Shown here piece by piece: positions 36,173 through 45,220 of a stretch of DNA of 64,000 bases. Under the pieces are notes generated by a model. The model saw nothing but the letters and a program-made list of their open reading frames with translations, searched no databases and had not been told where the DNA came from. Origin of the DNA: a virus. The DNA lies in the IMG/VR virus record IMGVR_UViG_3300003322_000796, positions 7,081 through 71,080 of that record. One strand, written 5' to 3'. Position numbers and translations under genes: made by a program. Positions within the stretch are counted from its first letter, which is position 1. Each line of letters starts with the position of its first letter.

Positions 36173-36445
36173 ATGCCCGCCCAGCCCGTCAACTCGTCTC
36201 AGAACACCGGCCTCGTCGTCATCGTTGTCGGCATCTTCATGGTGATCATCGCCTTCCTCGCTGTGACCTACCTGAACTCGGACACGATCAAGGAGAACCA
36301 GACCAAGAACTCCCAGAAGGGAGCGGTCGAAAGGGCGGATCTCACCCAGATCACCTGCGCCCTGTGGAACTCCGTGGGGGACCCGAAGAAGGTCGATCCG
36401 AAGATCGTCGTCAAGGTGGAGGCGGTCTGCGGCAAGCACTCGTAG
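36173..36445 (+). CDS. small membrane protein in the lysis cassette
   Basis: One TM helix; two C-terminal Cys. Confidence 0.75.
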   Translation: MPAQPVNSSQNTGLVVIVVGIFMVIIAFLAVTYLNSDTIKENQTKNSQKGAVERADLTQITCALWNSVGDPKKVDPKIVVKVEAVCGKHS

Positions 36446-36511
36446 TCCTGTTCGAGACCCTTCGAGCCCTTTGAAGGGATGGAGGGTCTCGGCAGGAACC
36501 AAGGAGCGCAC

Positions 36512-37492
36512 ATGAGCAGCGGGCCACAGAAGTACCCGGAGGCCAGCACCCGGTACTGGTACCAGGGCGCCTACCCGGGTGACGCGATGGAGGTCAACGT
36601 CGTCGTCTGGCACACCACGGAGGGCACCAGCGTGCCCACCTACAGCGGCGGGGCCCTGGCCCCCAACCTGACCGTGGCCCCGGACTTCAAGAACAAGCGT
36701 CTGGTCTGGTACCAGCACTTCGACATCGACCGCTCGTCCCGCGCGCTGGTCAACCTCTCCGGCGGTGTGGAGACCAACACCCTCAACGTCGTCCAGATCG
36801 AGATCGTCGGCACCTGCGACCCGAAGACCCACGCGAGGTGGACGGCCGACGGGATCCCGCACCTGTACTCCGCCGAGCTGCCGGACTGGGCCATCCGGGA
36901 CCTCGCCGAGTTCGCCCAGTGGCTGTACAAGAACCACGGGGTGCCGCTCACGGAGAACGTCACCTTCAAGGCCTACAGCGCCTCCTACGGGGCCTCCAAC
37001 GGCGTGCGGATGTCCTTCTCCAAGTGGGAGGGCTACAAGGGCCACTGCGGCCACCAGCACGTTCCGGAGAACCTCCACGGGGACCCTGGAGCCTTCCCCG
37101 TCGAGAAGGTCCTCGCAGCGGCCCGTACGGGCACCCAGACCACCCCTTCGGTCCCCTCCACGGGTACCGGCGCGGTCAAGCCCAAGGTCTCCCTGAAGAA
37201 CGTCATCGCGGCGGCCGAGGCCGACCCGAAGCGCCCGCAGGGATCCGGCCTTCACGAGTCCGACGTCAAGCCGGTGGAGCGAGCCCTCGCCAAGCTCGGC
37301 TACCTGGACAGCGACTACGCGAACGACGGGGCCTACGGCACCCTCACCCGCAAGGCGTACGCCAGGTGGCAGAGGGCGTACTCCGACGCTCACAGGCTCG
37401 GCTGGACCGGGGACGACCTGGACGGTATCCCCGGCATCTCCTCCCTCAAGGCGCTGGCCTCCAAGACCGGCATGTTCCAGGTGGTGAGCTGA
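36512..37492 (+). CDS. endolysin: N-acetylmuramoyl-L-alanine amidase plus peptidoglycan-binding domain
   Basis: VVWHTTEG, QIEIVG, GHQHVPENLHGDPG; C-terminal ...DG.YG..T..A...WQ...DGIPG; start ATG 36512 after AAGGAG. Confidence 0.92.
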   Translation: MSSGPQKYPEASTRYWYQGAYPGDAMEVNVVVWHTTEGTSVPTYSGGALAPNLTVAPDFKNKRLVWYQHFDIDRSSRALVNLSGGVETNTLNVVQIEIVGTCDPKTHARWTADGIPHLYSAELPDWAIRDLAEFAQWLYKNHGVPLTENVTFKAYSASYGASNGVRMSFSKWEGYKGHCGHQHVPENLHGDPGAFPVEKVLAAARTGTQTTPSVPSTGTGAVKPKVSLKNVIAAAEADPKRPQGSGLHESDVKPVERALAKLGYLDSDYANDGAYGTLTRKAYARWQRAYSDAHRLGWTGDDLDGIPGISSLKALASKTGMFQVVS

Positions 37493-37747
37493 ATGGGAAC
37501 CCACGCCCGTGCGGTGATCGAGCAGAAGGTCAAGGTCTCCACGGCGGCGACCTTCGGTGTGTCGGCGGTCATCGCCGTCCTGAATCAGACTGCCGGGGAC
37601 GACGCTCTGATGGGCTCACTGCCCGCCTGGGCGCAGACCCTGGCCCTCCTGGTGGTTCCGCCCGCCGTGACGTTCCTGAGCGGCTGGAAGGCCCGCCACA
37701 CGCCGCGCCCGGACGTCTACGAGACAGGACCGGAGCCGAAGGCGTAG
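37493..37747 (+). CDS. holin
   Basis: 84 aa with two TM helices directly after the endolysin. Confidence 0.8.
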   Translation: MGTHARAVIEQKVKVSTAATFGVSAVIAVLNQTAGDDALMGSLPAWAQTLALLVVPPAVTFLSGWKARHTPRPDVYETGPEPKA

Positions 37748-37781
37748 AGTCTGTGCTCTAACCCGGGCCTCGTGCCCCGCA

Positions 37782-37820
37782 GAGACCCCTGGACGGACCC
37801 GCAGGCCCTCCAGGGGTCTC
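37782..37820 (+). terminator. terminator after the lysis cassette
   Basis: GAGACCCCTGGA...TCCAGGGGTCTC. Confidence 0.75.
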
Positions 37821-37823
37821 TTG

Positions 37824-37857
37824 CTGTCTCCCCTCAGCCTTCTCCCCGGAAGGGGTG
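37824..37857 (+). promoter_or_regulatory. late-promoter-like motif, copy 5
   Basis: CTGTCT-N20-AAGGGGTG. Confidence 0.75.
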
Positions 37858-37868
37858 GAGGTGCGTCG

Positions 37869-40571
37869 ATGCTCAAGTACGCCAGTGCACAGGTCATGAC
37901 CGCGACCCTGATTCCCCAGGAACTCAGGGGCCGTGAACTGCGCCGGTTCGCTCACCGGCATCACTTCGAGTACGACGTGCGCCCCGGCTACCTGTACGTC
38001 CGCTCGCGGGCGATCTCCAGCCGCTGCAACGACAACTTCGACGAGTTCCCGGCCGAAGAGCTGGAGAAGGCCTACGCGACCTTCAAGGGCAAGCCGGTCT
38101 TCGTGAACCACGTCAACGACGATCACCGCCGGGCACGGGGCGTGATCATCGACGCGGCCCTCCACAAGGACGCCAACCGCGACGGGACGCGGGACTGGTG
38201 GGTGGAGGTCCTCATGGAGGTGGACGCGGTCCGCTTCCCCAAGCTGGCGAAGGAGATCCTGGCAGGCAACATCGCGCGCACCTCCATGGGCTGCGACGTC
38301 GCCTTCTCGGTCTGCTCGGCCTGCAACAACAAGGCCACCACCCCGGCGGAGTACTGCTCCCACATCCCCGCGTCCAAGGGGATGATGCTCTACCGCCGGA
38401 CGGCCTCCGGCCACAAGGTCGGGGAGATCATCCGCGAGACCTGCTACGGCCTGAAGTTCTTCGAGAACAGCCTCCTGGTAGAACCCCCGGCGGACCCCAC
38501 GGCGCACTTCCTGGGCGTGGACACGCGGGGCCTCCAGACGGCGGCCATGAAGAAGGGCGCTCCCTTCGCGGGCTACGAGGACTTCGACGCGTGCACGTCG
38601 GAGAACTCCGACAAGAACGACCCAGAGGCGTACTGCGGTGAGATCAAGCACCGCACCGAGGACAAGAAGGTCTCCAAGTTGCTGACCGATCTCTTCGTTA
38701 CGGCGGCCGAGGCTCAGGACCCCAGCGAGCACCCGTGGTTCGGGGAGACGGGCCTTCACCACAACCACATCGTGAACCACTGGGAGCAGGCGACCGACGA
38801 GGAGAAGGCGCAGGGCAAGCGCTGGTACCCGGACGCGCACCTGGTGGCCAAGCAGATCGCCAAGCTCGACCCGAACATCACCGACGAGAAGGAGGCCGCG
38901 CACAAGGGCGCCGGTGTCCTCTCGGCGTACTCCCCGCAGCAGAACTGGTGGGCCAACCAGCACAACGCCGCGCGGTCCTTCCACGAGCAGCGGGCTCTCG
39001 GCAAGGGCGAGGGCCTGTTCATCATGGGCAGCCACCAGAGGGCCGCCCAGCGCATCATGGACGGTGAGGACTCCCAGAAGGTCCTCAAGGGCCCGAAGAC
39101 GGCCGACTTCGCCCACCTGATCGAGCACGGCGGCTACAAGCCCCAGAGCGACGAGGACGCGGCGGCGGGCAAGCCCAAGGAGCACTCGGACAAGGTCGTC
39201 GTCGACCGGCACGCCCTCTCGGTGGCCGCCGGACGCCGCCTGAACGCCGACGACGTCAAGGGCTTCAAGTCCCAGAGCCGTCCCCACTACGAGCACGTGG
39301 CGGGCATGTACCGCAAGGCGGCGGCCGTGATCTCCGACCGTGAGGGACGCGAGGTCCCGCCGCACGAGGTGCAGGCCGTCACCTGGCTGACCCGGCAGCG
39401 CCTGAACAAGGACGAGGAGATCTCGACCCCGTCCGGCAAGGGCCGCCAGACCATGCAGCAGAACCAGCGCAAGCAGTGGCACGAGCTGTCCAAGGAGCAC
39501 ACGCCGGGCCTGCACGAGGAGCCGCCGAACTCCCACGTGGTCCTGCCGCCTCAGCCGAAGCAGGCTTCGAGGGGCGTGGTGCCCCCTTTCGGTGGTGAGC
39601 CGGTGACGGCTCTGCGCAGGACCGCGTCCCTGAAGACCCGGGCGTACGGCGAGCAGAAGGCCCCGATGGACGTGGACACCCTCCGGGAGGACGCGTGCCC
39701 GGTCTGCGGTGACCGCGACACCTTCGACGGGGCCCAGTGCCAGGTCTGCTCGTACGTCGCGCCCCCGAAGATGTTCCAGGACCCCGACCTGGAGAAGGCC
39801 CGGCAGATGGATCTGCGGAAGGACATCGCAGACTTCCAGGACCCGAGCAACCCCAACCAGGTCGGTCCCGACGGACAGCCCGTCGACCCCACGGCCCTGG
39901 ACGCGGATGGCAACCCGGTCGACCCGGACATGGCCGACCAGGGGGTCCAGCCCGGCATGCTCCCCGGTGAAGTGCAGGCCGAGGTGCAGCCGGACGACGG
40001 GTCCCCCGTGGATCCGGCCCAGATGAGCCAGGACGGCCAGATCCCTGAAGAACTGGGGGCTCCGGTCAACCCGTCTCTGATCGGTCCGGACGGCCAGCCG
40101 CTCGCGGGAGGCCAGCAGATGGTCGGCCCGGACGGGATGCCGATCGGTCCCCAGCCGCTTCCGGCCGGTGCGACCACCAACATGGGCCAGCCGTTCACCC
40201 CGGGCCCGAACATGCCCGAGGGACCCGGCGACCCCGAGGGCCCGGAAGGGCCGCTCTCGCCCGAGGAGCTGGCTGAGGACGGCCAGCCGGAGGACGAGTC
40301 CGACGGTGCACCGCCCAACCCCATGGCGGGCCAGGGAGCCCCGGGGACGCCCGGGGACGGTGTTCCGGACCTGATGTGCCCCGGCTGCGGCTTCACGGCC
40401 GACGCCACCCAGCCCACCTCGATCGACATGGACACCCAGACGCTCCCGAACGCCGGGGTCGCCATGCAGGACGGTGTCCAGGCCGGAGACATCTGCCCGA
40501 ACTGCGGCCAGGCCCAGCTCCTGAGTCCGGCCGAGGTACAGGGCGAGACGCCGGTCCCGCTCCCTGTCTGA
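37869..40571 (+). CDS. capsid maturation (prohead) protease with an inserted domain and a Pro/Gln-rich Zn-finger C-terminus
   Basis: N.NFDEF...TF.GKPVFVNH, TSMGC...CSACNN...YCSH, ENS.LV.PPAD; upstream of scaffold and capsid; start ATG 37869. Confidence 0.75.
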   Translation: MLKYASAQVMTATLIPQELRGRELRRFAHRHHFEYDVRPGYLYVRSRAISSRCNDNFDEFPAEELEKAYATFKGKPVFVNHVNDDHRRARGVIIDAALHKDANRDGTRDWWVEVLMEVDAVRFPKLAKEILAGNIARTSMGCDVAFSVCSACNNKATTPAEYCSHIPASKGMMLYRRTASGHKVGEIIRETCYGLKFFENSLLVEPPADPTAHFLGVDTRGLQTAAMKKGAPFAGYEDFDACTSENSDKNDPEAYCGEIKHRTEDKKVSKLLTDLFVTAAEAQDPSEHPWFGETGLHHNHIVNHWEQATDEEKAQGKRWYPDAHLVAKQIAKLDPNITDEKEAAHKGAGVLSAYSPQQNWWANQHNAARSFHEQRALGKGEGLFIMGSHQRAAQRIMDGEDSQKVLKGPKTADFAHLIEHGGYKPQSDEDAAAGKPKEHSDKVVVDRHALSVAAGRRLNADDVKGFKSQSRPHYEHVAGMYRKAAAVISDREGREVPPHEVQAVTWLTRQRLNKDEEISTPSGKGRQTMQQNQRKQWHELSKEHTPGLHEEPPNSHVVLPPQPKQASRGVVPPFGGEPVTALRRTASLKTRAYGEQKAPMDVDTLREDACPVCGDRDTFDGAQCQVCSYVAPPKMFQDPDLEKARQMDLRKDIADFQDPSNPNQVGPDGQPVDPTALDADGNPVDPDMADQGVQPGMLPGEVQAEVQPDDGSPVDPAQMSQDGQIPEELGAPVNPSLIGPDGQPLAGGQQMVGPDGMPIGPQPLPAGATTNMGQPFTPGPNMPEGPGDPEGPEGPLSPEELAEDGQPEDESDGAPPNPMAGQGAPGTPGDGVPDLMCPGCGFTADATQPTSIDMDTQTLPNAGVAMQDGVQAGDICPNCGQAQLLSPAEVQGETPVPLPV

Positions 40572-40597
40572 TCCAGCCCCAGGCCCCGTAAGGGGTG
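40564..40597 (+). promoter_or_regulatory. late-promoter-like motif, copy 6
   Basis: CTGTCT-N20-AAGGGGTG. Confidence 0.75.
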
Positions 40598-40647
40598 AAG
40601 ACCACCGCCCACGCCCGCGTGAGCACCGACCAGAGGAAGCACATCTC

Positions 40648-41601
40648 ATGGCAGGAAACCGACCGCTCATGCAGGCCATGGCGTCCCAGCAGAAGGTCGT
40701 CCAGGGCCTCACCGAGCGCAACGCGGCCCTGGAGGCCCGGAACGCCGACCTGGAGCACGAGGCGGCCGTCCAGGGCCTCCAGCTCGCCTTCATCGCCCGC
40801 GTGGCCGGTGTGAGTGACCAGCTCACCGCCATCCGCGCCGAGGCCGACAAGATGCGCAAGAAGGCGGACATCGAGAACCCGGCCCAGCCGGTCCCGAATC
40901 CGCCCTCGCAGCCCGCCACGGAGTCCACCGAGGAGGCGGCCACCCCGGAGGCGTACGACAACCCCAACGCGATCGGGCAGACCCCGGGCGCGAACCAGGG
41001 TGTGGCGGCCGAGACCACCGCGACCCCCATGGACCCGGGCGTCACCCTCCCCACGGCCCCGTACAACAACCTCGTGGACGTCTCCGCGCCGGTCTCCGGC
41101 ACCGAGACCCACACCCCGCCGGAGACGACCCGCATCGAGACGGACGTCCGTGTCGGCGACCCGATGAACCCGGAGACCGCCTTCCCGCTCAACCCGGCGT
41201 TCGGCCCCTCCGCCCAGCAGGGCACCACGCCCCCGCGCTCGGGCGAGATGAGCCAGACCGGCAGCAGGCAGGAGGGCCGCACCATGGCGTCCCTGCGCCT
41301 GGCCAAGCTCCGCATCGCGGCAGGCCTGGAGCGGGGTGACGAGCTGGCCGTCACGGCGGCGATCGAGGCGGACCAGAACCTCTCCCTGGACTCGATCCGT
41401 ACCGAGGTCGACACCCTCACCCGTGTCGCCAAGGCGGCCGGTCGCCAGACCCGTCAGCGCCCGCAGGGTCTCGTTCCCCGCGCGGCGGCCCAGGGGGTCC
41501 AGCGCACCATGCCGTCCCTGGTGACCCAGACCGCTCCGATCACCTCGGTCGCCGGTGCCGTGGGCGCCCGTGACGAGGAGGCCGAGGCCCTCTTCGACTG
41601 A
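40648..41601 (+). CDS. scaffolding-like head protein
   Basis: N-terminal coiled coil; lies between the protease and capsid genes. Confidence 0.65.
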   Translation: MAGNRPLMQAMASQQKVVQGLTERNAALEARNADLEHEAAVQGLQLAFIARVAGVSDQLTAIRAEADKMRKKADIENPAQPVPNPPSQPATESTEEAATPEAYDNPNAIGQTPGANQGVAAETTATPMDPGVTLPTAPYNNLVDVSAPVSGTETHTPPETTRIETDVRVGDPMNPETAFPLNPAFGPSAQQGTTPPRSGEMSQTGSRQEGRTMASLRLAKLRIAAGLERGDELAVTAAIEADQNLSLDSIRTEVDTLTRVAKAAGRQTRQRPQGLVPRAAAQGVQRTMPSLVTQTAPITSVAGAVGARDEEAEALFD

Positions 41602-41616
41602 GGTCCCGCCGACCCC

Positions 41617-41652
41617 GAAGCCCCCGTTTCCAGCGCTCTGGACGGGGGCTTC
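41617..41652 (+). terminator. terminator hairpin
   Basis: GAAGCCCCCGT...ACGGGGGCTTC. Confidence 0.7.
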
Positions 41653-41675
41653 GGCATGTTCTCCAGGCCTTGATC

Positions 41676-41709
41676 CTGTCTTTCCGGGTGCGAGTCCACA
41701 GAGAGGGTG
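41676..41709 (+). promoter_or_regulatory. late-promoter-like motif, copy 7 (variant)
   Basis: CTGTCT-N20-AGAGGGTG upstream of the capsid operon. Confidence 0.65.
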
Positions 41710-41786
41710 AGGAGACCGTCTCGATCCGGTATCGGGCAGACGGCTCGGAACATGTCCGATACGTACGCGAGATGGGAGGAATGCAG

Positions 41787-42296
41787 ATGCTGCGCACTCG
41801 CATGGCGACGTCGTACATCAAGCGGACGATTCGTCCGCTGTACGGCTGGACCCAGTCGACGCCTGCTTCGTGCTTCCTGGACCCCGCGTGGGACCGCTCG
41901 GTCAACATCTGGCCGGGCATGGTCTTCATGCGCACCTCGGGTGAGAACGTCACCCTGCTCAACGCCACCGGCGTCCCCTACGGCCTCGGTGCCCTCTACG
42001 TGGGCGGCGACGGCATCGACGAGCCGCTGGACGCAGGCATCAACACCTTCGCGGTGTGGAAGCTCGCGCCCGACGCGGAGTTCGAGATCCTGGCCCCGGC
42101 CTTCGACACCACCCAGACGTGGACCGACCCGGGCGACGGTACCGAGCTGCTGATCTACGGCCAGACCACCGGTGCGAACCGGGGCAAGCTGGTCCCGGCG
42201 GGCACCTCCGGCGCTTCGGCGCAGCCGGTGGCCCGCCTGCTCAAGGTCAACTCCGCTACGAAGATCACCATCGGTGGTCTCCGCCAGAAGTACTAG
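41787..42296 (+). CDS. capsid decoration / minor capsid protein
   Basis: Immediately upstream of the major capsid gene; beta-rich; start ATG 41787 (or 41781) after GGAGG. Confidence 0.7.
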   Translation: MLRTRMATSYIKRTIRPLYGWTQSTPASCFLDPAWDRSVNIWPGMVFMRTSGENVTLLNATGVPYGLGALYVGGDGIDEPLDAGINTFAVWKLAPDAEFEILAPAFDTTQTWTDPGDGTELLIYGQTTGANRGKLVPAGTSGASAQPVARLLKVNSATKITIGGLRQKY

Positions 42297-42309
42297 GAGC
42301 TGACCTGAG

Positions 42310-43299
42310 ATGACGACCCAGACTCTCGCCGCAACCTCGTCCCTGCGGGGACGGGTGGCCCGCAAGTCCGACGACTACGTGGCCTCGATCGTCGCCCGCC
42401 GTGAGAAGAGCGCTCCGCTCTCCCACGAGGCGAAGGTCCAGAAGATGGCGCTCATCCTCTCCGACGAGACCAGCGGCATCCGCCGTCTGGGCGTCGGCAT
42501 GGTGGGCCCCATCCAGCTCAAGCTCCGCTACCAGGGCATCACCCGGAACGTGCTCGTCGAGGACCCGGTCACGCCGGGTACCCCCGTCGAGTACGACGTC
42601 TGGGACGACCTGGGCCAGGCGTACATCATGTCGGGCACCGAGGGCGAAGTCCGCGTGACTCCGTTCGAGGGCAAGCGTGTTCCGGTGCGGTTCTTCCGCA
42701 TCGCCTCGCGCCCGGCGATCCGCAAGGAGGACCTGTTCTACCTCCGCATCAACGCGGTGGAGCAGGCCCAGGACGAGACCAAGCAGGCGATCCTCAAGCA
42801 GGAGGACACCCGCCTGCTCGTCCTGCTCCAGGCCGCGCTGACGGACTACGCCACGCGCCCGGACCACACGGTCACCCCGAACCACAACATCACGGAGGCG
42901 TCGGGCTACCTGACGCCGGGCTCGCTGTACAGCGCGGTCGCCATGACCGACATGCACGAGCTTCAGTCGGCGCGGATATTGATCAACCCGTTCGACTTCC
43001 GCGACCTGTACCGCTGGGACATCAACCAGACGGGCTGGGCGTTCAAGGACCGCGTCGTCGCCGGTGAGACCATCACCAGCTTCGGCGAGTTCCAGATCCA
43101 GCGCTCGATCATCGTGCCCCAGGGCAAGGTGTTCCTCACCCCCGAGCCGAACTTCCTCGGTGTCTTCCCGGTTCTCTACTCGCTCGACGTCGAGGAGAAC
43201 CACATGGTGGAGGCGTTCTGGAAGGGCTGGGTGTTCGACGAGATGGTCAACATGTCCATCCTGAACCCCCGTGGTATCGCCACCATCACCAAGGCGTAG
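42310..43299 (+). CDS. major capsid protein (HK97 fold, Bxz1/Myrna-like)
   Basis: GPIQLKLRYQGI.RNVL.ED, TPFEGKR, DLYRWDIN.TGWAFKD, LNPRGI; recalled as near the cluster C mycobacteriophage capsid sequence. Confidence 0.93.
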   Translation: MTTQTLAATSSLRGRVARKSDDYVASIVARREKSAPLSHEAKVQKMALILSDETSGIRRLGVGMVGPIQLKLRYQGITRNVLVEDPVTPGTPVEYDVWDDLGQAYIMSGTEGEVRVTPFEGKRVPVRFFRIASRPAIRKEDLFYLRINAVEQAQDETKQAILKQEDTRLLVLLQAALTDYATRPDHTVTPNHNITEASGYLTPGSLYSAVAMTDMHELQSARILINPFDFRDLYRWDINQTGWAFKDRVVAGETITSFGEFQIQRSIIVPQGKVFLTPEPNFLGVFPVLYSLDVEENHMVEAFWKGWVFDEMVNMSILNPRGIATITKA

Positions 43300-43322
43300 T
43301 GCGGCGGCCTTCGGGCCCAAGC

Positions 43323-43359
43323 GAAAGCCCCCTCCCGGGATTCCGGGGCGGGGGCTTTC
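43323..43359. terminator. bidirectional terminator
   Basis: GAAAGCCCC...GGGGCTTTC between convergent genes. Confidence 0.75.
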
Positions 43360-43375
43360 CGCTTTTCCAGTGCCT

Positions 43376-43672
43376 CTATTCGGGCTCTGGATATGCGTCT
43401 TCACGACGCTTCCGAGGGGTGATGTGGATTCCTGTGAGGCGCTGCCACTTCCTCTCGAATTCCTCGATATCCGGGAGAAGCCACACCCGGCCGCAGTCGA
43501 GCTTGCGCCAGTGGGGGCAGCGGGCCTCGGTGATCTCGCTGACGCGCTGCTTGGAGATCTTCCACCGCCGGGACAGTTCGGAGAGGCCGAGGATCTGGAG
43601 TTCCGTGACGTCCAGCAGGCGCGGTCCGGTCTCCTCCTCGGTCTCCTGGGGAGTGGGGGTATGAGTGCTCAT
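43376..43672 (-). CDS. small HTH DNA-binding protein, antisense within the head module
   Basis: ILGLSELSRRWKISKQRVSEIT...G.VWLLPDIEEF (excisionase/AlpA-like winged HTH); start re-called at ATG 43672. Confidence 0.75.
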   Translation of the reverse strand: MSTHTPTPQETEEETGPRLLDVTELQILGLSELSRRWKISKQRVSEITEARCPHWRKLDCGRVWLLPDIEEFERKWQRLTGIHITPRKRREDAYPEPE

Positions 43673-43695
43673 ACGATCAAGGATCGCACATGGGG

Positions 43696-43725
43696 TTGAC
43701 ATTGTCATGGTCTGGTGTGCATCCT
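43696..43725 (+). promoter_or_regulatory. sigma70-type promoter with TGACA-T-TGTCA palindrome
   Basis: TTGACA-N18-CATCCT; palindrome at 43697-43707. Confidence 0.55.
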
Positions 43726-43791
43726 GGCGGAGCAGTAGTTGCTACCGCTTCTTCTCGGGCCCCCACCCTGCGGTAGCTGTCGTCACCTGGA

Positions 43792-43823
43792 GAAGCCCCC
43801 GGCACCCCCCCCGCCGGGGGCTT
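43792..43823 (+). terminator. terminator hairpin
   Basis: GAAGCCCCCGG...CCGGGGGCTTC-TTC. Confidence 0.7.
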
Positions 43824-43827
43824 CTTC

Positions 43828-43861
43828 CTGTGCTACCGCCCGTGACTCCGCATAAGGGGTG
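43828..43861 (+). promoter_or_regulatory. late-promoter-like motif, copy 8
   Basis: CTGTGC-N20-AAGGGGTG. Confidence 0.7.
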
Positions 43862-43889
43862 AGAGAACCCCAGTTTCTGAGGAGTCACC

Positions 43890-44429
43890 ATGCCTGTCGG
43901 CACGATCGTTGCCCGCAACCGGATGGACGGAGTCACCGTCCTCGCGGCGGACGTCAAGGGGAACCACTCTGTGGAGTGGGCGGCCCTGGGCGACCCCAAC
44001 GGGGACGACATCCAGTTCATCCCGGCCGAGGTCCAGGAGTCCGTGGCCTTCCGCCGCGCCGTGTCGCGCGGGATCGTGGAGATCATCCCGGACGAGTCGG
44101 ACCCGGACGTCGTCTCTGCCCTGGAGCGCCAGGTCGCCGCCTTCCAGCGGCGCCAGGAAGGCGCCAAGGAGGATGTCGAGGTCACGATCGAGAAGCCGAC
44201 CGACCGCGACTCCGTCTCCGCCTTCTGCGTCGGTCCCGACTCTCGGGGTACGGGCAAGTGCGGACAGGCGGTGGCCATCCCCGAGAAGAAGCTCAAGGAC
44301 GAGCCGCCGCTGTGCGCCCAGCACAAGCACCTCGCCACCCAGTTCGTTCCCGACGTCGTCAAGGGCGCCGAGGACAAGGTGGAATGGGTGCACGTCACCC
44401 TCGGCGCCCGCGAGCGTCACTCGATCTAG
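43890..44429 (+). CDS. virion-region protein with a C-x9-C-x14-C-x2-H motif
   Basis: 179 aa; GAGGAG RBS. Confidence 0.8.
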   Translation: MPVGTIVARNRMDGVTVLAADVKGNHSVEWAALGDPNGDDIQFIPAEVQESVAFRRAVSRGIVEIIPDESDPDVVSALERQVAAFQRRQEGAKEDVEVTIEKPTDRDSVSAFCVGPDSRGTGKCGQAVAIPEKKLKDEPPLCAQHKHLATQFVPDVVKGAEDKVEWVHVTLGARERHSI

Positions 44430-44441
44430 GAGGCACCTCAC

Positions 44442-45200
44442 ATGGCAGACGAGAAGTCCGAGCAGGAAGCCAGCAAGACCGGCCAGGACGTGGAGACCCC
44501 GGAGCAGGACGGTGTCCCGGCGGACGCCAAGCGCGACTCCATGGGTGTCCCGTACGGCACCGGCACTCCCGAGGGCCAGGAGACCTACGTCCGCGAGGGC
44601 GACACCCCGGTGGACGCGGAGGGCAACACTCCGGCGCCGGGTGACCCGGAGTCCGAGAACCCCCTGTACGCCGAGGGTCCCGAGACCCCGTCGGCGGCCG
44701 AGCAGCAGGTGGCCAGCCCGTACTCCGAGGACAACCCGGACCACGTCCCGGACCCCACGGCCATGAGCGGCACCCTGGAGACCTCCGGCACGGGCGGCGG
44801 GGCCAATGAGACCCTGCGCGGCACCACCGGTGTCTTCGAGGAGGCCGGTCTTCCGTCGTACCGGAGCGAGCACGTGGTCTCCGGCGACAACACGGGCCAG
44901 CCCGAGCCGACGGGCGCCGGTGCGGAGCCCACCTCGTACCAGGAGACCACCATCGCCGGTGCGGCCCCTGGTCCTCGCGAAGGCGAGGCGGAGGGCCCCT
45001 TCACGACCGCCCGGAAGCCCACTGAGGGCTCCGGAGACGGTTCTGAGACCGAAGAGACCACGGAGGACGCCGAGGCGCTCCAGGAGCCCGCTGAGGGCGA
45101 CCAGGAGCCCAAGGAGTCCGCCCCGGCCAAGAAGACCGCAGCAGCGAAGAAGACGGCCGCGAAGAAGACCACTTCCTCGCGTACGCAGTCCCAGTCCTGA
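44442..45200 (+). CDS. acidic low-complexity protein with a histone-like KKTAA tail
   Basis: E/D/P/T-rich; C-terminal AKKTAAAKKTAAKKTT. Confidence 0.8.
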   Translation: MADEKSEQEASKTGQDVETPEQDGVPADAKRDSMGVPYGTGTPEGQETYVREGDTPVDAEGNTPAPGDPESENPLYAEGPETPSAAEQQVASPYSEDNPDHVPDPTAMSGTLETSGTGGGANETLRGTTGVFEEAGLPSYRSEHVVSGDNTGQPEPTGAGAEPTSYQETTIAGAAPGPREGEAEGPFTTARKPTEGSGDGSETEETTEDAEALQEPAEGDQEPKESAPAKKTAAAKKTAAKKTTSSRTQSQS

Positions 45201-45220
45201 ACCCGTAGGGGAGCAGAGCC

